A stretch of 50,998 bases of DNA. Origin: a virus (lineage: Duplodnaviria > Caudoviricetes). The stretch spans positions 1 to 50,998 of the IMG/VR virus record IMGVR_UViG_3300042517_001594; one strand, written 5' to 3'. Each line of letters begins with the position of its first letter. Positions within the stretch are counted from its first letter, which is position 1. The notes beneath the pieces are model-generated. The model was not told the DNA's origin. It saw nothing but the letters and a program-made list of their open reading frames with translations, and did not search any database. This document shows positions 17,974-26,381 of the stretch, piece after piece. A program made the position numbers and the translations under genes.

Positions 17974-18309
17974 TCAGAACGGCAGTTCGTCGTCGCCCAG
18001 TGGCGGGGCGTAGTCGCCAGACTCCAGCGGCGTGGGCACCGGCAGCGGCGCGCAGTCCGTGCAGGGGCGCGTCACCCAGCCACCTTCCGCGGGAATCAGG
18101 TCGTCCAGCACGCCCGCGTCACCGCAGGTCCCGCACGTAGGCGCGTAGGACAGCGGGGCCAGGTCGGCGGGCTCCGGGTCCGCCACACCCGTGCACGCGC
18201 AGTCGTGGCAGCCCACGCGGCGGCCGGAGACAACGAGGGTGCCGGCGCCGTCGCAGGCGGTGCAGTGGCGGGCGAGGCTCGGGGCGGTGCGGGTGGCGTA
18301 GGTGGTCAT
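17974..18309 (-). CDS. DnaJ-type (CxxCxxxG) zinc-finger protein with SSB-like DDELPF tail; first early gene
   Basis: CTACDGAG, CHDCACTG, CGTCGDAG, CTDC; AGGAG RBS. Confidence 0.75.
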   Translation of the reverse strand: MTTYATRTAPSLARHCTACDGAGTLVVSGRRVGCHDCACTGVADPEPADLAPLSYAPTCGTCGDAGVLDDLIPAEGGWVTRPCTDCAPLPVPTPLESGDYAPPLGDDELPF

Positions 18310-18477
18310 GGTGCGCTGCTCCTGTGCGTCCTGCTGGTGGTGGGCGCCGCGTCCGCGCCTGGCCCGGCTTCCCGCGCTGCTCTGCGGGCTGGGACCGGTG
18401 AACGGGGCGTCACACGCGGTCCCTGTCAGCCCCGGCGTTTCCGGGGGGCCCACCGCGTTCATCTGCGGTGTGAGGAC

Positions 18478-18506
18478 AACTTAAGGGTAGACACCTAACA
18501 TGTCAA
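18478..18506 (-). promoter_or_regulatory. Early leftward sigma70 promoter
   Basis: TTGACA (18506-18501), 17-nt spacer, TAAGTT (18483-18478), in an AT-rich gap divergent from the repressor. Confidence 0.8.
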
Positions 18507-18578
18507 GCGTTAAGTGTGACGTAGCGAACGGCAGAAGTTATGCGTAAGGTTCACGGTGCGACATGAAGGAGGTGGATT

Positions 18579-18911
18579 GTGCAGACGGCTCTTGCGGTGA
18601 GCGGGCCCCCAGCGGCATTCCTCGCGGGGATGAACCAGGGCGAACGGCAGAAGGCGAAGGAAGCGGCGGCCAAGGAGGCTGCGGCCTACCGGCGGGCGCT
18701 GGCGAAGCGCCTTGTGGATGCGCGCCACGCGGCGAAGAAGACGCAGATGGAGCTGGCGCACGACGCAGGCATCAGCCTGGCGTCACTGCAGGGCTACGAG
18801 AGCGGGAAGCGGGAGCCGCAGTTTGTGACGGCGTTCCTGCTGGCGGCGGCTTTGGGGCTCAGCACCCAGGAGCTGCTGTTTGGCGCCAAGGGCAAGGCCA
18901 GCGCGCCCTAA
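18579..18911 (+). CDS. XRE-family HTH repressor (cI-like, no autoprotease domain)
   Basis: RL..AR.....TQ.ELA..AGIS......YESGKREP; AAGGAGG RBS; divergent from the early operon. Confidence 0.88.
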   Translation: MQTALAVSGPPAAFLAGMNQGERQKAKEAAAKEAAAYRRALAKRLVDARHAAKKTQMELAHDAGISLASLQGYESGKREPQFVTAFLLAAALGLSTQELLFGAKGKASAP

Positions 18912-18916
18912 GCGGG

Positions 18917-19549
18917 TCACTCACCGCGGCGTCCTGCGCGGTGCATGGCCATGCCGCGGTTCACCAGCAACACGCCGGTCACCAGCACGGCCACGTAGAT
19001 ACCCAGGAACACTCCGACCCCTGCGATGCTGCCGGCGCCCGCGGCAATGGGGGCCAGCGCGTACACGCCCAGGGACCAGAACAGCAGCACCCCAGCCGCG
19101 ACCGCCAAGAGCCCACCCACCACGCTGAGGGCCAGCCATGCGGCGCCAAACGCGGTGCCCAGGCCACCGGCGACCGCGAGTGTGGTGCCCGCGGACATGA
19201 GCAGGATGCCGCGCTGCTCCAGGTCCAGGGCGTCATCGGTGCTGAGCCCGCCACCCGAGTAACCGCGCGTTGCCCCGAACTCCTCCGGGGGTGCCCTGCG
19301 CGCCGGCGGCGGGGCATCTTCCGCGCGCTCCCTCCGCAGCCGCTCCGGTCGGCCCTGCACCTCACGCACGCGGGCCGCGCGATGCTCCAGCTCCTCCGCT
19401 TCACGCACGGTGACGCACTGCTGCTCCCACCACACGCAGCCCGCCTGGGCCACGCACGCGTCCTCCGCGCGCGCCTGGCACTGCCGCTCCACCGTCTGCC
19501 CCGCGCCCAGCAGCGCCACCAGCACCACTACCAGCATCCCCGCCTCCAC
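18917..19549 (-). CDS. Membrane protein with signal peptide, Cys-rich N-terminal domain and C-terminal TM segments
   Basis: MLVVVLVALLGA; four Cys; long hydrophobic C-terminal half. Confidence 0.7.
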   Translation of the reverse strand: MEAGMLVVVLVALLGAGQTVERQCQARAEDACVAQAGCVWWEQQCVTVREAEELEHRAARVREVQGRPERLRRERAEDAPPPARRAPPEEFGATRGYSGGGLSTDDALDLEQRGILLMSAGTTLAVAGGLGTAFGAAWLALSVVGGLLAVAAGVLLFWSLGVYALAPIAAGAGSIAGVGVFLGIYVAVLVTGVLLVNRGMAMHRAGRRGE

Positions 19550-19609
19550 TGGCCACCGCGGCCGCTGGTGGAGGTTTCACCCACAGCCGCACCAGGAGCA
19601 AGACCGAAC

Positions 19610-20506
19610 ATGACCACCAACCTGATTCCCGTCCCATTCCATCAGGAACACCTGCCCGCTACCCAGGGCCCAGACGGCACCGTCTGGACCCCGGTGCGCC
19701 ACTACTGCGATGTGCTTGGCCTCCATGTGCAGGGGCAGCAGCAGCGTTTGCAGCGTCAACCATGGGCAGGCACATGCGTTATGCATGTCCCTTCCGCTGG
19801 TGGACCCCAGACCACTGTGATGATGGACACCCGCACCCTGCCCATGTGGCTGGCCACGGTTCAGGTGTCCCGGGTCAAGCCTGAGGCCCGCGAAGCCCTG
19901 GCCCGGTATCAGAAGGAGGCCGCGGAGGTGCTGGCCAAGCACTTCCTGGACCGCCAACCGGCGCGTCCTGCCGCGGCGGAATACGTCCCGCTGCCCGGCA
20001 GCATGCCTCCGGGGCACACCGAAGCCACCCTGGCCGACCGTGTCATGGAGCTGCTCCAGCGCTGGGATTCGGCCCACGGCGTGGACACTCCCCTGTCCGC
20101 GTGGCGGCTCGGGCCCATGCTGGGCGTGCACGCGGCCGTCGTGGACCTGTGCATGCTGGAGCCCGTGGCGCGCGGGCTGGCCTGGCGCCGGCCCACCAAG
20201 GGCGGCAACGGGTTTGAGTACCAGATGGCGCCCTTCACCACGCCCGCGGAAAAGGCCGACAAGGCGCGCCGGGACGCACGCAGGGAGGCGGCTCTCGGCA
20301 TCCTGGAGACCGCGGACCGTCCTGTGGGGTCCAGCACCCTCGGGGGCATGCTCCGCTGCACTCCTTCAACCGCCAAGGCGCTTCTGCTAGAGTTGCTGCG
20401 TGAGGGACTGGTCGCCGAGCTCTGCACCGACAACCGCCCCATTGGGTGGGCGCTGAAGAGCGGCAAGGTTTATGTCGCCCACTACAAAAAGGTCAACGGC
20501 GAGTGA
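19610..20506 (+). CDS. P22-type antirepressor N-terminal domain fused to two winged-helix domains
   Basis: VPF......, C..LGL....Q..RL, LPMWLA.V...RVKPE.RE.L.RYQKE....L..HF; AGGAG RBS. Confidence 0.88.
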   Translation: MTTNLIPVPFHQEHLPATQGPDGTVWTPVRHYCDVLGLHVQGQQQRLQRQPWAGTCVMHVPSAGGPQTTVMMDTRTLPMWLATVQVSRVKPEAREALARYQKEAAEVLAKHFLDRQPARPAAAEYVPLPGSMPPGHTEATLADRVMELLQRWDSAHGVDTPLSAWRLGPMLGVHAAVVDLCMLEPVARGLAWRRPTKGGNGFEYQMAPFTTPAEKADKARRDARREAALGILETADRPVGSSTLGGMLRCTPSTAKALLLELLREGLVAELCTDNRPIGWALKSGKVYVAHYKKVNGE

Positions 20507-20587
20507 TGCGCGTCACGACTTAGCCTCCCCGCTCCGCCCTACCCCCCCCTTTCTTTTCCCCCCAGACCCCCCAGAGAAGAGAGGGGG

Positions 20588-20623
20588 GGAGCCAGCATGA
20601 CCCACGGAGCCAGCACGACCCAC
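20588..20623 (+). repeat. Tandem 18-bp direct repeat GGAGCCAGCA(T/C)GACCCAC x2
   Basis: 20588-20605 and 20606-20623, one mismatch. Confidence 0.85.
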
Positions 20624-21002
20624 GGCACGGACCCTCAGCGCGCTGGGAAGCGCGCTGGCCCAGGTGACCCGGGTCACATCGGCGCCTGTGCCACGTCCAA
20701 GGACAGGCACAAGCCAGCGCCGGGTTGTAGGTGCTGCCTTCTATGTGCGGGACAAAGCGAAGCCACGCGCACACCAAAGGCCCCCAGCAGAAGAACTGAG
20801 CCAGGTGCCACCACGGGGTGAGGGGAGCGCCAAAAGCGCAGCAGCGGGCACCAGGCTGCGCGTGGCGGCACCCCAGGATGCGGGGACGCGAGACAGCAGG
20901 GAGCACCAAGGTTTGCGGCGCAAGGACATGTAGGGTGCCTGATCAGGTTGGCGCCTAAGCTGGCGTGGTGATTGGGGAAATCAGGCTGCGCCGATTATCG
21001 TG

Positions 21003-21030
21003 TTGACAAAAACATTGGGGACGGTAGATT
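21003..21030 (+). promoter_or_regulatory. Rightward sigma70 promoter
   Basis: TTGACA (21003-21008), 16-nt spacer, TAGATT (21025-21030). Confidence 0.7.
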
Positions 21031-21081
21031 CACATCACACCGCGGCGCCGACCACGCCGCCCGAACAAACAGGACGACAAC

Positions 21082-21660
21082 ATGACCACCATCCACCAGA
21101 CCGAATCCACCGCCGCCGCCACGCAGACCCCCGCCGGCTTCCCCTGCTTCGCCATCATCGCTGACGACATGGCCGCCATCTACGCCGTGGGTCGCACCGA
21201 AGCCGAGGCCATTGCAGACTACGAGGCGCAGACCAAGAGCAGCTTCGGCGAGGGCAGCGAGCGTGTGGTGTTCTGCTCGCAGGCGCTCTTTGACGCGGTG
21301 ACGGCGGACGGCGGCGCACCCCGCTCCCACCGCTGGAGCATGGAGCGCGGCTGCGTCCAGCTGCGCAGCGAATCCGACAGGGCGGAATGCATCCGCGAGT
21401 GCGAGGAGATTGGCCGCGCCAGCGCGCAGGCCCGCGTCTCCGGCCAGTCCGATGGTGTTGCGCTCACCAGCGCGGAAAGCATCCGCACGCTGGCCAAGGC
21501 GCTGCGCGACAACCCGGAGACCTGGGGCGCCATGCCCAAGGGCCTGCCGTACGGCGAATGCGTCGAGCACGCGCGGCACTTCGAGCAGGACGAACTGCGG
21601 TTGCTGGCGGATGGCGCGGAGCAGGACGAAACGCAGATGGCTGACGCCCAGCGCGAGTGA
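21082..21660 (+). CDS. Hypothetical acidic protein
   Basis: AGGA RBS; downstream of the promoter; GC3 bias. Confidence 0.75.
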   Translation: MTTIHQTESTAAATQTPAGFPCFAIIADDMAAIYAVGRTEAEAIADYEAQTKSSFGEGSERVVFCSQALFDAVTADGGAPRSHRWSMERGCVQLRSESDRAECIRECEEIGRASAQARVSGQSDGVALTSAESIRTLAKALRDNPETWGAMPKGLPYGECVEHARHFEQDELRLLADGAEQDETQMADAQRE

Positions 21661-21761
21661 CCCCACCCCCACAACGCGCACCCCGGCGCCGGACGTGACC
21701 GCGGAGACCAATCCGCGGAAGCGCCGGGGCGCGCGCCACCCCGTACCACAGGAGCCACGCC

Positions 21762-22262
21762 ATGACCGACCAGACACCGCCGCGCCCCCGCGGACGGCCC
21801 CGCCGCGACTACGAGCCCGCAGACGCCCACGTGCGCCTGGACGCCACGCTGGCAGCGTGGCTGTGCGAGCCCTACCTCCACGCCGGGGAAGCGCCGGACC
21901 TGCCCAACGCCCTGCGAGAGACCGCCCAGGTGTGGCGCGCGCTGTGCCTCGCCGCCTACCCGCGCATCCGCGCCGCGCTTTCCGAGGCGGACCTGCGCGC
22001 GTGCCTGGATGTTGCCAACGGGCTCATCCTCACCGCGGGATTCATCGGGCAGCACCTCGCCGTTGACCTGCATGACCACGGAGACCCCGCGTACGCGGCG
22101 ACGTCAGAGCGCGTGGCGGCGCTGCACCCGGCCGACCGTGCCGCCCTGGAGCTCTGGTGCCGCGCATGGTGGGGCGCACCGGACGATGACGTGCAGGACC
22201 GCGTGTGGAAGCGCGTAGCTGGCGCCGGCCCGCCCGGTCTCGCCCACGGCACACCGGGCTGA
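21762..22262 (+). CDS. Hypothetical protein with N-terminal AT-hook (RPRGRPR)
   Basis: AGGAG RBS; PRGRPR motif. Confidence 0.75.
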   Translation: MTDQTPPRPRGRPRRDYEPADAHVRLDATLAAWLCEPYLHAGEAPDLPNALRETAQVWRALCLAAYPRIRAALSEADLRACLDVANGLILTAGFIGQHLAVDLHDHGDPAYAATSERVAALHPADRAALELWCRAWWGAPDDDVQDRVWKRVAGAGPPGLAHGTPG

Positions 22263-22428
22263 ATCCCCCTTGACCCGCTGACCCGGGACAGCGAAGACCT
22301 TGGTGCGACGCCGGGCGCGCGCGGTTGCTCTCCCCCCCCCTGGAGTGGCTTCGCCCGCCCGGCGCGCCTTACCCCGCCGCCGCACTTTCGGTGTTGCTCC
22401 GCCGTCCCGGGTCACGCACGCCCGTGCC

Positions 22429-22932
22429 ATGGCAGAGCGTGTCAGCGGAGGCAGGTTCGCAAAGGGCCAGTCCGGCAACCCCGGCGGGCGCCCGCGTTCC
22501 GGCAAAAGCCTGGCCTCCCTCCTGCGCGAGGCTGGCACCCCTGAGAAGCGCGCCGAGCTGGTCGCCAGAATCTGGGATGATGCGCTGGGTGTCCGGAAGG
22601 TGCACCCCACCGTCAAGACGCACGCGCGGGATGTCATCCTGGACGCCTGCAACGCGGTGCTGGACATGCCGCCGCCGGCACCGGGCGCCACCCAGGAGGA
22701 ACGCCTGGCCAACGCGGTGGACGCGGTGAGGCGGATGGCCGCGGATGGCAGCGACACCACCGGGGCGCTGGCGGTGCTGCGCGCGGAGCAGCTGGCCGCC
22801 CAGACGCTGGAGCACGGCCAGGACAAGTCCGCAGGGGGGGACACCTACATCATTCAGATTGGCGGGAAGCCGCCGCCTGACCAGCCGGGCCCCGATGCGC
22901 CGCCCAAGCCGCCGGCACCAGACCATGGGTGA
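22429..22932 (+). CDS. terS: Terminase small subunit (DUF5681-like N-terminus)
   Basis: FAKGQSGNPGGRP; overlaps the terL start. Confidence 0.8.
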   Translation: MAERVSGGRFAKGQSGNPGGRPRSGKSLASLLREAGTPEKRAELVARIWDDALGVRKVHPTVKTHARDVILDACNAVLDMPPPAPGATQEERLANAVDAVRRMAADGSDTTGALAVLRAEQLAAQTLEHGQDKSAGGDTYIIQIGGKPPPDQPGPDAPPKPPAPDHG

Positions 22933-24247
22933 GGTCCGCATCCATGTGCGCGGAGAGCCGCACCAGGAGGCCATCTGGTGCAACACCACAGACCGCGAGC
23001 TGTACCTGTTTGGCGGCGTGGGTGCGGGCAAGAGCTACTGCCTCTTCCGCAAAATCATCGCGCTGGCGCTGCTGAATCCCGCGTCCGTCGCGGGCCTCGC
23101 CATGGAGCCCACGTACGACCTGCTGTGGGACGTCCTGGTGCCCGGCGTGGAGGAAGCCGGCGAGCAGATGGGCATCCCGTGCCACCATGAGAAGCAGGCT
23201 AAGCGCCTGTGGGTGGCGGACCGCCTCATCCACCTGCGTTCCGCGGAGCACCCCGAGCGCATCCGCGCGCTGACCGTGGGGTACGTCGCCCAGGACGAGG
23301 CGGCCATCTACGCGCGTGAGGCGTACGAGAACGCCAGCGCCCGCATGCGCGACCCGCGTGCGCGCGTGAGCCAGCTGGTGGTCACCACCACGCATGAGGG
23401 CACCACCACGTGGTGCGCGGAGCGTGAGCGGGCCGGCGCATTCTCCGTGCGCGCGCCCACCTCCGCCAACCCGCACCTGCCACCGGGCTACCTGGACCAC
23501 CTGCGGAACGTTGTGTACGCGAACGACCCCGCGGGCCTGCACCAGTACCTGGAGGGCTACGCCACCGACGCCACCGGGAACATCTACACCGCGCTCACCA
23601 CCGCCAACGAGGTGGAGTGCGTGGACCCGCGCCCGCGTGGTGAGGGCCGCGTGTACGTGGGATGGGATTTCAACGTGGGCTGCATGGTCACCACGCTGGG
23701 CACGTACGACGGCACCACGCTCCACATCTGGGGTGAGGTGGTCACGCAGAAGAGCACCGCGGCGTACACCGACGAGCACGCCGTGGAGGTGGTGGAGGTG
23801 CTGAAGCGCCGCGTGGGCGCCCGCCACATCCAGGGCGGCCGCCTCTACACACCGAACGGGGAGCCGGTCATTGCCGTGCCGGATGCGTCGGGAAGCTCCG
23901 AGCGCACCAGCAGCCCGAACACCGACCACATGCATGTGCACAACGCCGGGTTCACCATCCGCTGCGGCAACAGCAATCCGCCCGTGCGTGAGCGCATTGC
24001 CGCATGCCAGGCGGCGTTCCGCACCAAGCGCTTTCTCATCTGCCCCAAGGGCGCGCCCAAGACGCTGCGCGCCTTCCGTGAGCACGCGCGCGACAAACAC
24101 GGCGACCCGCAGAAGGCGACGCGCACCCCGCGGGCCGGCGAGTTCCAGCCCGACCACTTCACCGATGCCGGCGGCTACCCGGTTGTCCAGTTGATGCCTG
24201 TTCTATCCACGCGAGGTCGCCATGTTCGAGAATACACCGACGCTTGA
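22925..24247 (+). CDS. terL: Terminase large subunit
   Basis: Walker A GGVGAGKS, Walker B QDEAA, NPHLP..Y, nuclease GWDFN and DHFTDAGGY. Confidence 0.93.
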   Translation: MGEVRIHVRGEPHQEAIWCNTTDRELYLFGGVGAGKSYCLFRKIIALALLNPASVAGLAMEPTYDLLWDVLVPGVEEAGEQMGIPCHHEKQAKRLWVADRLIHLRSAEHPERIRALTVGYVAQDEAAIYAREAYENASARMRDPRARVSQLVVTTTHEGTTTWCAERERAGAFSVRAPTSANPHLPPGYLDHLRNVVYANDPAGLHQYLEGYATDATGNIYTALTTANEVECVDPRPRGEGRVYVGWDFNVGCMVTTLGTYDGTTLHIWGEVVTQKSTAAYTDEHAVEVVEVLKRRVGARHIQGGRLYTPNGEPVIAVPDASGSSERTSSPNTDHMHVHNAGFTIRCGNSNPPVRERIAACQAAFRTKRFLICPKGAPKTLRAFREHARDKHGDPQKATRTPRAGEFQPDHFTDAGGYPVVQLMPVLSTRGRHVREYTDA

Positions 24248-25955
24248 GGCCAACGCCGCCATTGCGGAGGGCTACCAGAAAGCCCGCGCCATGGACCTGA
24301 AGGCCCGCATGCGCGCCATGGAGGAGGCGTTTGCCGTCCGTGCTCCGCTGGCCAAGAACATCAACAGCGTGCTGAACGGCCAGGTGCGCGCGCTGGTGAC
24401 CGAGAAGCTGGCGCGGCAGTACCACACGGACACGTTCAGCGAGATGCAGCTCCAGACAGGCATTGCCACCTACCAGAACGTGCTGATGGACGTGCTCAAC
24501 AAGGCGGACACCACGTGGGAGAAGAACGCCACGTGGACGCTGGTGCAGGCGGGCAAGCCCATCACCGAGCAACCCGCGTTCGCCGCGCTGTGCAAGCACA
24601 TGCGTTTCGACGACCTGGGGCGCGCGCTGAGCAGGAACGATTGGGTGCATGAGGGCCAGTACGTTCTGCCCGAGGTGGTGCGCTCCCCGCGCCTGGGTCG
24701 CCGCGTCCTGGTGAACCGCGTGCTCACCCCGGAGCAGTTCGACCTGTTGCCGGCGGAGGACAACGACGCGGATTACGAGGCGCTGTTCGTCTACCTGGGC
24801 ACGCCCGCAGGAGAGCCGCGCCAGCGCGTGAAGTGGACGTCGGAGGCGTGGTGCCTGGAGAAGGAGAAGAACACGCGGCTGAGCGCGCCGGGCGTGACAC
24901 AGGACGGGTGGGAGGAAATCAAGAGCGGCCCCAATCCGCACGGCCGCATCCCGGGCGTGTTCGTCAACGGCGGCGCGTTCGGGCGCCTGTGGGGCAGCGC
25001 GTACGCCGGTGCGATGCTGGTGGACATCACGGTCAACGCGTGCGCCAACGAAACGCTGCTGATGAGCCAGGCACCAGGACAGGTGAAGGTCCCCATCGGG
25101 CCGTTTGACGACATGCCTCCGGGGCAGGTGATTGCGCACGCGCGGCCCATGTCGCTGGGCACCGGCGCGGCCCAGCTCATGGACTTCCAGTTGGAGGTGG
25201 ACCGCTTCCGCGCCACGTTCGTGACCGCGCTGCGCACGCAGGCGCTTCTGAACATGAACCTGCAGGGCAACGAACTCGACAACAGCACGGCGCCGGAGAG
25301 CGGCTACGCGTGGCGGATGAAGATGTTCCAGCGGGACCGCCTCGCCCTTGCGCGGCGCGCGTGGCTCATGGATGCGCTGACGGCCATCTACTGGAACGAC
25401 CTGCAGGTGGCTTTTGTGCACCTCACGCAGGACCTGGACCAGGAGGAAGGCGGCACGTGGCCCATCCTCGGCATGGAGGGCGCATGGAAGCCCGGCACGC
25501 CCTACGTCGGCGTCAACCCGCGGGACGTGCTGCCCCCGTTTGAGGAAGGCACCGAGTGGCCCGCGCAGCCCACGCAGCTGCGCATTGACCCGCCGCCGCC
25601 GGAGTACCCGGAGACCCAGGACGAAACGGAGAAGCGCGAGACGTACGAGCTCCGCATGGGCCTGACCAACCGCGTGGAGCTGATGATGCGGCGCAATCCG
25701 GAACTCACCAAGGAAGCCGCCACCGCGCTGGTGCGCACCAACCTGCAGGTGGAGCAGAGCTTCCAGCGCGCCACCCAGGCGGCCCGCCCGTTCGGCGTAC
25801 CCGGCATGCCTCCGCCCGCGCAGCCCCCTGCCCCGCCGCCTCCGCCTGCCGGCAAGGAAGAGGAAGACGACGACGAGGAAGAGGATGCCGCGGAGGATGC
25901 CGCCAAGGAAACCGCCGCCAAGGGGACTGCAGCGGACAAGAAGGAAGGGGCGTGA
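24222..25955 (+). CDS. Probable portal protein
   Basis: 577 aa directly after terL; SG.A motif; Pro-rich and acidic tail. Confidence 0.72.
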   Translation: MFENTPTLEANAAIAEGYQKARAMDLKARMRAMEEAFAVRAPLAKNINSVLNGQVRALVTEKLARQYHTDTFSEMQLQTGIATYQNVLMDVLNKADTTWEKNATWTLVQAGKPITEQPAFAALCKHMRFDDLGRALSRNDWVHEGQYVLPEVVRSPRLGRRVLVNRVLTPEQFDLLPAEDNDADYEALFVYLGTPAGEPRQRVKWTSEAWCLEKEKNTRLSAPGVTQDGWEEIKSGPNPHGRIPGVFVNGGAFGRLWGSAYAGAMLVDITVNACANETLLMSQAPGQVKVPIGPFDDMPPGQVIAHARPMSLGTGAAQLMDFQLEVDRFRATFVTALRTQALLNMNLQGNELDNSTAPESGYAWRMKMFQRDRLALARRAWLMDALTAIYWNDLQVAFVHLTQDLDQEEGGTWPILGMEGAWKPGTPYVGVNPRDVLPPFEEGTEWPAQPTQLRIDPPPPEYPETQDETEKRETYELRMGLTNRVELMMRRNPELTKEAATALVRTNLQVEQSFQRATQAARPFGVPGMPPPAQPPAPPPPPAGKEEEDDDEEEDAAEDAAKETAAKGTAADKKEGA

Positions 25956-25958
25956 CCG

Positions 25959-26381
25959 ATGCAAGAGCTCATCATGGCCCTCAAGCCCCACCAAGTGGAC
26001 CTGCGCGTGGGATGGCGTCGGGACTTCGTCCTGCGCAAGCGCGTGCGCAAACTGCTGGCGGACCTGCGGTGTTTCGGCAACGCGTACGAGGTAGCGGTGC
26101 ACTGTTGCCTGGAGGTGGTGCACAACTACCACCCGGCCACGCGCGAGCTGGCGGAGCGCATTGCCGTGGCCTACGTGGAGCACTGGAAGAAATCCCCGGA
26201 GTACCGGCTGATGTTCGAGCGTGACCCGCAGAGCCATGAGGTGGGGGAGGGCCGCATCCTCACCGCGCCGGCGACGCGCAAGACCGGCTGGGTGTCCGAA
26301 GGCTTGCTGCATGGGTTGATGGAGAGCAAGGGCAAGGCGGTCGAGGTGGACAGCATCAAGCCAAGGAGGCGCCGTGGGTGA
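25959..26381 (+). CDS. Hypothetical protein
   Basis: In-operon ORF, GC3 bias. Confidence 0.7.
   Translation: MQELIMALKPHQVDLRVGWRRDFVLRKRVRKLLADLRCFGNAYEVAVHCCLEVVHNYHPATRELAERIAVAYVEHWKKSPEYRLMFERDPQSHEVGEGRILTAPATRKTGWVSEGLLHGLMESKGKAVEVDSIKPRRRRG

Noticed and set aside
18563-20506. 647-aa ORF as a single protein
   Set aside because: The 5' part overlaps the repressor out of frame and the antisense membrane gene; the real start with RBS is 19610
20506-20523. Mini-ORF MRVTT coupled to the antirepressor stop, echoing the helicase start MRVTQ
   Set aside because: Five codons only; compatible with chance
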